The notes beneath the pieces were generated by a model. It saw nothing but the letters and a program-made list of their open reading frames with translations. It did not search any database and was not told the DNA's origin. A stretch of 64,000 nucleotides of DNA from an uncultured Candidatus Saccharibacteria bacterium. Lineage in GTDB: Bacteria > Patescibacteriota > Minisyncoccia > Phycocordibacterales > UBA6899. Positions 17,740 through 27,740 of this stretch are shown here, piece after piece. The translations under genes were made by a program, and so were the position numbers. The first letter of the stretch is position 1; each line of letters starts with the position of its first letter. The stretch is from the NCBI GenBank assembly GCA_964386905.1, contig CAYLUP010000002.1, positions 522 through 64,521 on the forward strand, written 5' to 3'.

Positions 17740-19557
17740 GTGAAGTCGGTGTTCTTGAAAATACTGCCGATTCTTTTTCTCGTAGGAGCGTCCTCTGTCT
17801 TCTATGCTTTTTTCTATGCGGAAAAGGTTGGTGCACAGGTCTTTCGATTGTTTCCAGAATCGTGTGAGGGTGGATTTGATAATCCTGATCGTGCAGCAGG
17901 AGTGTACCAAGTGTCAACACTTGATCCGGATTTTATCACAACCGGAAATTCAGCGATTCTTTTTGATGGAAAATCAACACAAATGATCTGTCAGTCTTTC
18001 CGCGGAGATGTTCTGCCAAATACCCTTCCGAAGCAGATTGCAATAAAAATAGCCTGGAAGTACGGATATGACAAACAGGTTCTTCGTATGGAGGAAGAGG
18101 GTGTTGCTGTCTCTGCCAGTGGAACAACGGTATTTATCGAAGAAAGTGCACCGCTAGAGATCGCCCATGATATAGACACACCTATCGCTGATTCAACTGA
18201 ATCGGGTGTTGTGAACGCTTCTGAGGCAGTGGTTGGGGACACGGTTCGCATCCCAGAGGACCAGAATTCCACCCTTGATGATCCAGATCCTTCTTCTAGT
18301 GAAGGGGGGATACCTCCTCGTGAATCTCCAGTATTGAGTGAGGACAATGCTTCTCCTCTGCAAATAGAAGAAGCCACGCAGATAGTAGAGCCTGTTCCTG
18401 ACGTGTTGTCACCAACACAAGAACCCGCAGCTTTTGATGGCGCGATTCCACCCGCAGGAGAGTCTTCCCAAGAAGTATCTGCGCCCGCGCCAGAGCCTGC
18501 TCCGACTCCGACCCAGGAGGCCTCAAGCGTTTCTTCTCCTGACAGTGGTACAGTTTCTTTTTTAGAGTGGTTTATCGCGCGTGCATATGCAGAAGAGCTT
18601 GCTGTTGGTTCATCCCCCGAGTCTTCCTCTACTGCTCTTCTTGTGAAGACACCTCTCCCCGAAGATTCACAATCTCCTGTTGCTGATCAAGGGCAAATAG
18701 TAGACGCATCTCTTCTCACTTCTTCAACTTCTCCAGATACAGTCTTGGTGTCTTCATTGGATGAGGGTTCTTCTGCATCAGGAACCTTGTTATTCAATTC
18801 TGAGACAACGTTGATGGCATCATCAGCTTCATCTTCACTCACACAAGAGCCTGCCGTGTTCAACGAACAAGTGGTTCGGACATCTGGGCCAATAGAAGTG
18901 CTCTATTCCTTTGACGGTGACAGTTGGGAATCTGCCGGTTTTGCAGACCCGGAGAATTACCTGGAACATACATTTCCTCTCGTACTCGCGTCATCAACAA
19001 CGTGGGAAGAGCTTGCTTCTGTGCGTGTTGCAATTCGTACACATGCAGAAATAAATGATGTGCCACTTCTTATTCTTGTTGATGGCATGTGGCTTGAGGT
19101 TGCATATGAAGATACCGTTGACGATCCACACCCTATGCCGTCAGAATATCGAGGAGATGTTTTTCTTGGTTCTGTGACAAGCGACACAAAGACTGCACTT
19201 CTCGTTGAGAGACCGCTTCGCATTGGAACTACAACTGCATCTACAACAGAGTTGTGGCTCAGGGAAGGATTTGCGTCGAGTACGTCGTGGAAGTATGTTG
19301 CTGGAAGTGAACGAGTCGCCTCAACTACAAAAATATTTTTCCGAGAAGGACATATTGTCTGGATTGGCATCGATCGCGCACTCTGGGTTTTCAATCCATT
19401 AAGTGATGCTTTTGATTCGCTATCAATAGATCCGGTGGAGCCAACAGAGTATCTCTTGTCTGGACCTACTGGAGAAAAAACTGTTGTGTATGTAACGCAG
19501 CCGGATGATGTTGTTGCTTTTGTTGAATATGTGCCTGTTCCTCTCAATCTAGAATAA
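17740..19557 (+). CDS. Membrane-anchored extracellular protein with long acidic Ser/Pro/Thr-rich low-complexity region
   Basis: Probable GTG start at 17740, since the track ATG at 17683 lies inside the upstream terminator; N-terminal TM; about 250 aa of S/P/T/E/D-rich linker; globular C-terminal region. Confidence 0.45.
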   Translation: MKSVFLKILPILFLVGASSVFYAFFYAEKVGAQVFRLFPESCEGGFDNPDRAAGVYQVSTLDPDFITTGNSAILFDGKSTQMICQSFRGDVLPNTLPKQIAIKIAWKYGYDKQVLRMEEEGVAVSASGTTVFIEESAPLEIAHDIDTPIADSTESGVVNASEAVVGDTVRIPEDQNSTLDDPDPSSSEGGIPPRESPVLSEDNASPLQIEEATQIVEPVPDVLSPTQEPAAFDGAIPPAGESSQEVSAPAPEPAPTPTQEASSVSSPDSGTVSFLEWFIARAYAEELAVGSSPESSSTALLVKTPLPEDSQSPVADQGQIVDASLLTSSTSPDTVLVSSLDEGSSASGTLLFNSETTLMASSASSSLTQEPAVFNEQVVRTSGPIEVLYSFDGDSWESAGFADPENYLEHTFPLVLASSTTWEELASVRVAIRTHAEINDVPLLILVDGMWLEVAYEDTVDDPHPMPSEYRGDVFLGSVTSDTKTALLVERPLRIGTTTASTTELWLREGFASSTSWKYVAGSERVASTTKIFFREGHIVWIGIDRALWVFNPLSDAFDSLSIDPVEPTEYLLSGPTGEKTVVYVTQPDDVVAFVEYVPVPLNLE

Positions 19558-19565
19558 TAGTACTT

Positions 19566-22500
19566 ATGTTTTTCCATTCATATCACTCGAAAAGAATACG
19601 TGCAGTATGGTCAACCATGCTTCTTTTTGGATTGTGTTGTGGAATACTGTACGCTCCTCATCTGCTCACTTTTTTTGCAGGAGGTAGCGAGGTTGCGATG
19701 AAAAAGGCAGAGGCATCATACCAGTTTGCCCCAACAGGGGGAGGCATTGTGATGGGCACAGCGCCCGCTGTACGTGCTGCAACAACCGCAGCGACCGAAG
19801 GGGTGAATGTGGGAGACTGGAAGGGTGCGAAGGCCGACGACAATTTGCACTTTGGTATCACCTCAACGGCATCCGGATATAATGCGTATCTTGATATTGG
19901 AAATGTTGAGTTGCATGGAGCAAACAAGTTCATTATAGAGACAGAGTTTGATCTCGACGCGACAATTCCTCAGACCCGCGTGCAAATTTGCGACTGGGTC
20001 TCGTCAACGGGCGTGGCGAATGCTGCTGATGCACAGTGTACTGGTGGCGGTTGGAGGAATTTGAATCTGAACGACACAGCCATAAATACTGCAACGTATG
20101 GAAGATATAGTTGGCATGTGTATGATGGGTATTGGAATAGTACTGCGACAACGAAAATTGCGACACCATTGTCAAATTTCGTGAACGGCTCCCAATCAAT
20201 TCGTGTTCGGTATTTTTCTACAACAAGTAGCGCTGCCTCTATTGTACACATTGATTATTTGCGTGTGTTTGCAGTGGTAAACCCCGTATATGCTCCTGCT
20301 GGGGTGACACAGATTTCAGGGGGAACGCCTCTTGGTGATTATTCTCTTGCCGCAATGGGCGGTATGGGCCAGACGGGATCGGATAACGCGTACTTTCGGG
20401 TTCCTGGCACCGTAGGTGCTCCGTCAGACTTCTACTATACCTTTGCAAACGTGAAGTATTTTGCTGGTGCAAACACAATTCTCTTTCGTGCGGAGCATTC
20501 CTGTTCTGGAACAAATGCAGGGGTGACATATCTTCCAAAGATTTTTAATTTTAACTCTCAGGTATGGGACGATCTAACGTCTACTCCTATTGCGTGCTCG
20601 ACGACAGACGCAACCAATGCATGGGCACGAAGTAATATTTCAATGGGGGACTATGTCAGTAATGGAGAAGTACGTGTCGGGTGGTATGCAACAACAAACA
20701 GTACATTGGAAATCCGCAATGACATCGCGTACATTATGATAGGAGCGGTCACAAATGGTACCAGCGAGATCACTTTTGGAACAAATGCTGGTGGCTCTGC
20801 GGCGAGCACACAAGACCTCGATATGACAGGTATCAGTAGTACATGGGACATTCAGTCTGTTGATGAATCAAACACGTTCAGTACGCCAATATATGCCTTT
20901 GATAATGATGCTGATGCAACCGTTGAGGAAGCATCGGCTGCAAATATCGATTTCTCTCTTCGTCCTCCTACGAACGCTGCGCTTGCGGGAATTTATTTTG
21001 CGGGAAGGTACCGCTCGGGAACTGCTGGGACCGTGAATCTTGGTGTCGCTGATATGGCTTCTCGAACGAATACACAAGGTGGCTGGACGCAGGTTGGTGC
21101 AAACGGAACAACGGCATTATTGTATTCCGATAACATCAGTGTGAGAGCGGTCACTTCAGGAGGGTCTGCTGGTCTGTATCTCAACCCAGAAGATTTTATT
21201 ATGGCAGAAACAGGGCGCATGAAGATGCGTTTGCGCACATCGACATCTGGTGCGACGACAAATAATTCTATTGCGCAATGGGATTTCGCGATGCTATCGC
21301 TTTCTTGGATTGAAGACATTGAGCATCGTTCTGGTGATTCATCATATACGCCATCGGGTGGTGGAATTGTGACTGGAACAGGCCCTGCTATTCTTGCTGC
21401 CACAGCAGCAAATACCGAAGGAACGAATCTTGGGAGTTGGCGTGCAACAAAAGCGGATGATAATTTTCATTTTGGTATTACGTCGACTGCATCAGGATAT
21501 AACGCATATATCGATTTTGATGATGTCTACCTCAATGGTGCGAATATTATGCACATCCAAACGGAGTTTGACCTTGACGCGACTGCTCCGCAGACCCGCG
21601 TGCAAATTTGCGATTGGGTCTCATCAACGGGTGTGGCGAATGCCGCTGATGCACAGTGTACTGGTGGAGGCTGGAGAAACGTAAGTCCGAATGATGCGCT
21701 GATTACTACAACAACACCAACTGCGTACCATTGGCAAATCTATGATGGATACTGGAACAGCACTGTAGTTGCAAAAATTTCAACTCCGTTAACAAATTTT
21801 GTGGATGGAAATAATACGGTCCGCATTCGATACTATTCCACAACAAGTAGTGCCGGTTCGATCGTCCATATTGACCACGCTCGCATTATGCCTGTTGTGA
21901 ATCCGGTGTATTCCGCATCTGGAGCAACACAGATTACTGGGGGGACTCCTCTCGGCGATTATTCTCTCACGGCTATTGGTGGTGCAGGGCAGACGGGGTC
22001 GGATAATGCATATTTTCGTGTTCCTGGAACCGCGGGTGCTGTTTCTGATTTTTACCTTTCATTTCAAAATGTAAAAACATACCCTGGGGCAAATGCAATC
22101 CTCGTACGTGCAGAGTATTCATGCTCTACGACTGGCATTTCCCATCGGCCTAAGATATATAACTTTAACTCGTCGAGCTGGGAGGATTTGACGACTGCTT
22201 CCATTGCATGTTCGACAACAGATGCTACGAATGCCTGGGCAAAAGGGAATGTGACAATTGCAAACTATATTTCGAATGGAGAAATTCGTATTGGATGGCG
22301 AGGACTGGCAAACGGAACACAGGAAATTCGTATTGATCTTGCATACGTGATGATTGGTACGGTGAACAACGGAACATCTTCAATAACCTTTGGAACGAAC
22401 TCCGCAGGAACTGCTGCAAATACTCAAACGCTTGATATGAATGGGACTGCGAGCACATGGAATATTGCTTCGGTTGATGAGTCGAATACTCTCGGTTTTG

Positions 22501-23426
22501 CAATAAACGCAAACGATAACGACAACGATGCGACTGTTGAAGAGGCTACGGCTGCTAATATGGACTTTACGTTGCGAGTACCAGAAAATGCATTCCCTAC
22601 AGGAGTATTTTTTGCAGGACGATATATGTCGGGGGTAGCGGGGACGGTAAATCTTGGTGTTGCAGACTATCGAGGAAAAACGAGTACCCAGGGGGGCTGG
22701 GTTCAGGTTGGTGCAAATGGAACAACTGCTCTGACCTATTCTGATAATATTACAATGGTGTCGGTTGCTTCGGGTGGCGCTGCTGGCTTGTGGACGAATC
22801 CGCGAGACTTAGTGAATGATACGGCGTCTACTATGAACATGCGCTTAAGAACATCTCTCTCTGGAGCAACAACAAATAATTCTGTTGCGCAGTGGGACTT
22901 CGCAATGCTGTCTTTGCAGTGGATAGAAACGCCTCCGCCACCATCGACGTTATCCTTTAGTATTTCAGATAACACGATTGGATTCGGAACACTCACTGCC
23001 GCACAAATGCGTTTCGCTTCAGGTGGTGGAGGGGGAAGTACATTGCAAATTTCCGCACATACTATTTCTGCCGCTTCAAATGCACCTGGTGGATACGTGG
23101 TAACGATTGATGGAGAGACGTTGACGTATGGGCCATATGAAATTTCTGCAGCAGGTGCAACTCCGATTATACCAACAGCTGGAATTGAGCAATTTGGTAT
23201 CAATGCAATAAAGACGTTCACGACAGGGTCTGGGTCTCCGCTCTACCCGTACTCTGCAGGTTTTGCTTTTGATATTGGGAATTTGCCGTCCCCAATTCTT
23301 GCAAACTATACAAACGACAACATTGAGGACACGTATGATATGTATTATTTGGCGAATATCTCTGCGGATACCGAAGCGGGAGAGTACGCTGCAGTGGTGA
23401 CATACACAGCAACAGCAACATTTTAA
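19566..23426 (+). CDS. Giant surface protein (1286 aa): N-terminal TM/signal, two about 540-aa tandem repeats, C-terminal pilin-like (SCPU/Csu-like) domain
   Basis: The repeat unit recurs with 1620-nt period (19739 vs 21358); the C-terminal about 150 aa (LSFSISDNTIGFG...YLANISADTEAGEYAAVVTYTATATF) is shared with the next two genes. Confidence 0.6.
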   Translation: MFFHSYHSKRIRAVWSTMLLFGLCCGILYAPHLLTFFAGGSEVAMKKAEASYQFAPTGGGIVMGTAPAVRAATTAATEGVNVGDWKGAKADDNLHFGITSTASGYNAYLDIGNVELHGANKFIIETEFDLDATIPQTRVQICDWVSSTGVANAADAQCTGGGWRNLNLNDTAINTATYGRYSWHVYDGYWNSTATTKIATPLSNFVNGSQSIRVRYFSTTSSAASIVHIDYLRVFAVVNPVYAPAGVTQISGGTPLGDYSLAAMGGMGQTGSDNAYFRVPGTVGAPSDFYYTFANVKYFAGANTILFRAEHSCSGTNAGVTYLPKIFNFNSQVWDDLTSTPIACSTTDATNAWARSNISMGDYVSNGEVRVGWYATTNSTLEIRNDIAYIMIGAVTNGTSEITFGTNAGGSAASTQDLDMTGISSTWDIQSVDESNTFSTPIYAFDNDADATVEEASAANIDFSLRPPTNAALAGIYFAGRYRSGTAGTVNLGVADMASRTNTQGGWTQVGANGTTALLYSDNISVRAVTSGGSAGLYLNPEDFIMAETGRMKMRLRTSTSGATTNNSIAQWDFAMLSLSWIEDIEHRSGDSSYTPSGGGIVTGTGPAILAATAANTEGTNLGSWRATKADDNFHFGITSTASGYNAYIDFDDVYLNGANIMHIQTEFDLDATAPQTRVQICDWVSSTGVANAADAQCTGGGWRNVSPNDALITTTTPTAYHWQIYDGYWNSTVVAKISTPLTNFVDGNNTVRIRYYSTTSSAGSIVHIDHARIMPVVNPVYSASGATQITGGTPLGDYSLTAIGGAGQTGSDNAYFRVPGTAGAVSDFYLSFQNVKTYPGANAILVRAEYSCSTTGISHRPKIYNFNSSSWEDLTTASIACSTTDATNAWAKGNVTIANYISNGEIRIGWRGLANGTQEIRIDLAYVMIGTVNNGTSSITFGTNSAGTAANTQTLDMNGTASTWNIASVDESNTLGFAINANDNDNDATVEEATAANMDFTLRVPENAFPTGVFFAGRYMSGVAGTVNLGVADYRGKTSTQGGWVQVGANGTTALTYSDNITMVSVASGGAAGLWTNPRDLVNDTASTMNMRLRTSLSGATTNNSVAQWDFAMLSLQWIETPPPPSTLSFSISDNTIGFGTLTAAQMRFASGGGGGSTLQISAHTISAASNAPGGYVVTIDGETLTYGPYEISAAGATPIIPTAGIEQFGINAIKTFTTGSGSPLYPYSAGFAFDIGNLPSPILANYTNDNIEDTYDMYYLANISADTEAGEYAAVVTYTATATF

Positions 23427-23427
23427 T

Positions 23428-23452
23428 AACACGCCCGTTTGGGCGTGTTATG
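23428..23452 (+). terminator. Hairpin terminator
   Basis: aacacgcccgtttgggcgtgtt hairpin; downstream T-run is weak. Confidence 0.45.
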
Positions 23453-23460
23453 CTATATAT

Positions 23461-24510
23461 ATGATACACAGAATATGTTTTTGTTTCTCATTCTTCTTTT
23501 GTATGAGCATCGCATTTTTTGTTCCCGCTCAAACGCTTCTCGCTGCATCATTATTGCAGCTCTCTGACATGCTGTCTGCCCAACGCCCAAATGCTGAATC
23601 GAGTCATAGAATCCAGTTTCAAACTCCGACGGGTATTAATGCTCCTGGAGATACCATCGTCATCACCTTTCCTGCGGACTTTAATTTTACAGGCAAGGAT
23701 GCGACATTCGTAAATCTTTATCATGGTGCGACTGGCGGCGAAACAGAAGAGTATATTTCGACAACACCAACACTTGGATTTTGGGGCGCTGCTTTTTCTG
23801 GAACGCAGAATCGAGTGCTTACATTGACTCCTCCAGCTGATGGGGTGGGGCAAGCAGAGATTTTTGCGAATGAAATTGTCCGAGTAAGGTTAAATCCGAC
23901 TAACGCCCTTAATCCCTCGACTGCAGGAGACTATATCGTTGCCATCTCTGGCGGTTTTGGAGATACGGGAAGTATATTGGTCCCCATTATTAGTGATGAT
24001 CAGGTCTTCGTTTCTGCAACAGTTCCCCAAGCGCTTTCATTTTCAATTTCAGACAATAGTGTTGGTTTTGGTCCACTGTCTGCTTCTGTATCTCGTTATG
24101 CAACCGGAGATGGGACAGGGAGTGCTACTCCTGTCGTTGCGCATACAATAACCGCAAGCACCAATGCATCCGGTGGGTATAGTATTTCCCATGTGTCAGG
24201 GACGTTAACAAGCGGAGCGCATAGTATTGACGCCATTGGAGGAGTCCCATCAAGCCCAATTCCAGGATCAGAGCAGTTTGGAATTCGTGGAGACGCTGCG
24301 GGTGGAAAAGGAGTGATGTCAACACGGTATGGATCTGCTCAATATGCCCTCGATGCGAGTGGATTTCCAGATACTTTTGCTTATACTATGTTTGCAGGTC
24401 CAACTCCTGAGACAACGTATTCAATATATTATCTGGCAAATATTTCATCTGGTACCGAAGCAGGTGAATATGGTGCTCCTATAACCTATGTCGCAACTGC
24501 AATGTTTTGA
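23461..24510 (+). CDS. Secreted pilin-like protein, paralog 2 (N-terminal domain + SCPU-like C-terminal domain)
   Basis: Signal peptide; shares TPTG..A.DTI.ITFPADF.FT and ...SFSISDN..GFG...YLANIS.GTEAGEYGAPITYVATAMF with its neighbours. Confidence 0.55.
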   Translation: MIHRICFCFSFFFCMSIAFFVPAQTLLAASLLQLSDMLSAQRPNAESSHRIQFQTPTGINAPGDTIVITFPADFNFTGKDATFVNLYHGATGGETEEYISTTPTLGFWGAAFSGTQNRVLTLTPPADGVGQAEIFANEIVRVRLNPTNALNPSTAGDYIVAISGGFGDTGSILVPIISDDQVFVSATVPQALSFSISDNSVGFGPLSASVSRYATGDGTGSATPVVAHTITASTNASGGYSISHVSGTLTSGAHSIDAIGGVPSSPIPGSEQFGIRGDAAGGKGVMSTRYGSAQYALDASGFPDTFAYTMFAGPTPETTYSIYYLANISSGTEAGEYGAPITYVATAMF

Positions 24511-24592
24511 CATTATCCACATAGTGATGTGGATTTTATGTTATACTGAAATCAATAACATGTTCCATCATGTTGCGAGAAATTACTATACA

Positions 24593-25648
24593 ATGTTCTT
24601 CTTTATGATCAAAAAATATTCAGTATCTATCACGGCCCTTACACTTCTGGTGATTCTCTCTGGGTTACCGCAGTTTGTATTTGCTGCAGCACTCACAAAT
24701 CTTTCAGATACAATGTCTTCTGCAAAGATTAATACCGTATCGAGCCACGTCATTCGCTTTACAACGCCGACTGGTGCAAATGAAGCAACCGATACCATTA
24801 TCATTACTTTCCCAGCAGATTTTGATTTTACAGCAAAAGCTATTGGTTCAGTAACGTTTACACATGGCGCATCGACAGGCCTTGAAACAACTGAAACACT
24901 TGCCGCGGCTCCATCCGCTACTGCATGGGGGGCTGTCTTTTCGGGAACTGAAAATCGCATTTTAACACTCACAGCTCCAACAGATGGAACGGGAACTGCT
25001 GTTCTTGCCCCAGGAGATAAAGTTATTTTTACATACTCCAGCGCAAACTCTACAAATCCAAGTACTGCAAACTCCTACTCAGTTAGCATTGCGGGAACTT
25101 TTGGTGACACTGGTTCAATTTTGGTTAATGTTATCAATGATGACCAAGTTCTTGTTTCTGCAACTGTTCCACAATCACTGACCTTTAGTATCTCAGATAA
25201 CACAATTGGTTTTGGTTCATTAACTTCAGCATCGGCACGCTTCGCGACAGGTGATGCAAACGGGAGCGGAACAGAGACGGAAGCACATAATATTATTGTC
25301 GGAACGAATGCAGCAAATGGATACACGGTAAATCTTGCCGGTTCTACATTGACTTATGGTGGAAATACAATTACTGCGATTGGGGCAACAAACAGTGCAT
25401 CAACTCCAGGAAGCGAACAGTTTGGTTTGCGTATGAGTGCGTCTGGTGGGACTGGGGCAGTATCCGCACCATACGCAGCAGACGGATTCGCCTTTGACTC
25501 AGCGGCATTTCCTGATCAGATTGCATCTGCCGCGGGAGCATCTGCAAACACGACATACTCGGCACGCTATCTTGCAAACATCAGCCCATCGACTGAGGCT
25601 GGAGCGTATACTGCAACATTGACATATACTGCAACTGCAAACTTTTAA
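24593..25648 (+). CDS. Secreted pilin-like protein, paralog 3
   Basis: Start at internal Met (MFFFMIKKYS) giving a signal peptide; about 45 % identical to paralog 2 throughout; ends ...TYTATANF. Confidence 0.55.
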   Translation: MFFFMIKKYSVSITALTLLVILSGLPQFVFAAALTNLSDTMSSAKINTVSSHVIRFTTPTGANEATDTIIITFPADFDFTAKAIGSVTFTHGASTGLETTETLAAAPSATAWGAVFSGTENRILTLTAPTDGTGTAVLAPGDKVIFTYSSANSTNPSTANSYSVSIAGTFGDTGSILVNVINDDQVLVSATVPQSLTFSISDNTIGFGSLTSASARFATGDANGSGTETEAHNIIVGTNAANGYTVNLAGSTLTYGGNTITAIGATNSASTPGSEQFGLRMSASGGTGAVSAPYAADGFAFDSAAFPDQIASAAGASANTTYSARYLANISPSTEAGAYTATLTYTATANF

Positions 25649-25670
25649 AACCGGCTATGGCCGGTTTTTG
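25647..25670 (+). terminator. Rho-independent terminator
   Basis: aaaaccggctatggccggttttt. Confidence 0.6.
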
Positions 25671-25712
25671 CTATTGACTATTTATATAAGTAAGAGAAAA
25701 TAGAGATATCAT

Positions 25713-26696
25713 ATGAAGCACATATTTGCTCTTACCCTCATTATTACTCCACTCTTTTTTTGTGTGCCTAGCGCGGATGCGTTAACTGTTTCGCCTGCAA
25801 AACAAGAAGTTCGTGCGAATCCTGGACAGGTATTGAAAGGTGAAATCGAATTGTTTAATGAACAGAATGAGACGAAAACCTTTTATACCTCATTTGAGAA
25901 TTTTGAGTCACGAGGTGATTCAGGTGCACCATACTTTATTGGTGCACAGGGTGGCCTGGCAACATGGATGAAATCTGAGGAATCTGTCACAATCGCTCCT
26001 GGTGACCGCATGAAGGTGCCATACACGATTACGATTCCTCAATCCGCAAAACCGGGTGGGTATTTTGCTGCACAGTTTTTCGGGACTGAAAAACCAAAAA
26101 CAGGTGATGGAAACCTTGCCATTGGAGGAAAGATTGGCGTCCTCTTTTTGCTTCGTGTTAATGGTGACGTTGAGGAGGCGGCGGGCGTAACTGGCTTTAC
26201 TACTGAGCAGAATCAACGTTTCTTTGTCTCTACTCCAATCCGATTTGAATATTTTGTGAATAACACAGGTGGTGATCGCGTTGTTCCAAAAGGAACTGTT
26301 GTCATTCGAAATTCTTTTCGAATGACAACAGAGAAGATATCTGCAAATGACAAAGAGGGGAGTGTCTTACCAAATGGCTCAAGAACATTTCCGGTATGGT
26401 GGGGTGACCCAGCAGCTTCTCTCAATAATGTATGTGATTCCAAAGATGATACATGCGTTCAAGGTGGTGGATTTTTTAGCCGTGTTGCATATGAGTGGAA
26501 GAATTTTCACTTCGGATGGTACTCTGCAACACTTGATGTTGCTTGGGGGGAAAAAGGTTCAACGATGAATGATACAATCCATTTCTTTGTACTTCCATGG
26601 CATCTTCTCCTCGCTCTTGCTGTTATCGCACTCGTGCTTTGGGGCCTTTTGAAAAAATATAATGCGTATATTATCGCACGTGCTGCAAAACGATAA
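25713..26696 (+). CDS. Secreted beta-rich protein with C-terminal TM anchor (chaperone/DUF916-like cell-surface protein, unknown function)
   Basis: Signal peptide; LTVSPAKQEVRANPGQVLKGEIELFNEQNETKTF strand pattern; C-terminal hydrophobic helix followed by KKYNAYIIARAAKR; translationally coupled (TAATG) to the dockerin gene. Confidence 0.4.
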   Translation: MKHIFALTLIITPLFFCVPSADALTVSPAKQEVRANPGQVLKGEIELFNEQNETKTFYTSFENFESRGDSGAPYFIGAQGGLATWMKSEESVTIAPGDRMKVPYTITIPQSAKPGGYFAAQFFGTEKPKTGDGNLAIGGKIGVLFLLRVNGDVEEAAGVTGFTTEQNQRFFVSTPIRFEYFVNNTGGDRVVPKGTVVIRNSFRMTTEKISANDKEGSVLPNGSRTFPVWWGDPAASLNNVCDSKDDTCVQGGGFFSRVAYEWKNFHFGWYSATLDVAWGEKGSTMNDTIHFFVLPWHLLLALAVIALVLWGLLKKYNAYIIARAAKR

Positions 26697-27739
26697 TGTT
26701 CCTTCTTTATCGAAAATTTTCTTTTCGTGTCGCACTCGCCTTTGCGTTTTGTGTACCTCTCGCCGCACTTGCTGCCATTACCGTAGAAATTACGGCTACT
26801 GTCCCTGGGTGCGGCGATAGTGTTATTGGCGTTGGTGAGCAGTGCGACACAACAAATCTTGGGGGTGCGACATGCTCTACGCTTGGGTATGCCTCTGGCG
26901 TTTTGTCATGTTCCAGTGTGTGTACGTATGTTACAAGTGCATGCAGTGTGACGCCGGTAACGCCTCCGAGTGGTGGTGGTGGCGGCGGCGGATATTATGC
27001 TGTTCCAGCAACAAATATCGTCTTTTCCGGGAAAGCATATCCACGAAGTACGGTGACCATATTAAAAGATGCTCAAGTTGTTGCAACGACCATTGCCGAT
27101 GCACAGGCTGAATTCCAAACAACGATATCGGGTATTTCATCGGGAAATTATAATTTTAGTGTCTACTCAGAGGATGATCGCGGTGTGCGCTCCTCGCTTT
27201 TGTCTTTTCCTATAAGTGTGAGTTCTGGGGTGACAACAAAAATTGGAAATATCTTTATTGCGCCAACACTTTCGGCAGATAAAACTGAAGTTCGAAAGGG
27301 TGACGATATTGTATTGTTTGGAAGAACAACCCCAAATGCAGAGGTGTCTATCTCAGTTCATTCTTCAGTTGAGATGTTTTTCAAGCGACTCGCTGATGCA
27401 AGTGGTGCCTACCTTTTTCGTATTAATACACTCCCACTAGAGTATGGGGCACATGCAGCAAAAACAAAATCAGCGCGCGATGAGGAGCTGAGTTCCTTCT
27501 CGCAATCAGTTGGTTTTACTGTTGGAATAAAAAATATTGCATCTCTGTCGCAACCTGGCGTGCATCAGCAATGGTCAAAAGGTGATGTCAATAAGGATGG
27601 CCGTGTGAATCTTGTGGATCTTTCTATTGTGGCGTATTGGTATAAAAATGCGTCTTACCCAAAGCATCTTGATTTAAATGGAGATGGCCATGTGAATCTG
27701 GTCGACTTAAGTATCCTTATGTATTTTTGGACTGGCTAA
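26696..27739 (+). CDS. Secreted Cys-rich protein with Gly7 linker, two Ig-like beta domains and a C-terminal type-I dockerin
   Basis: C-terminus GDVNKDGRVNLVDLSIVAYWY...DLNGDGHVNLVDLSILMYFW = two canonical Ca-binding dockerin repeats; N-terminal about 50-aa domain with 8 Cys. Confidence 0.8.
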   Translation: MFLLYRKFSFRVALAFAFCVPLAALAAITVEITATVPGCGDSVIGVGEQCDTTNLGGATCSTLGYASGVLSCSSVCTYVTSACSVTPVTPPSGGGGGGGYYAVPATNIVFSGKAYPRSTVTILKDAQVVATTIADAQAEFQTTISGISSGNYNFSVYSEDDRGVRSSLLSFPISVSSGVTTKIGNIFIAPTLSADKTEVRKGDDIVLFGRTTPNAEVSISVHSSVEMFFKRLADASGAYLFRINTLPLEYGAHAAKTKSARDEELSSFSQSVGFTVGIKNIASLSQPGVHQQWSKGDVNKDGRVNLVDLSIVAYWYKNASYPKHLDLNGDGHVNLVDLSILMYFWTG

Positions 27740-27740
27740 T

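Noticed and set aside
19566-25648. Full chaperone-usher (Csu-type) pilus operon
   Set aside because: No usher-sized outer-membrane beta-barrel gene and no classical periplasmic PapD-like chaperone in the locus; only the pilin-like domain resemblance is retained as a hypothesis.
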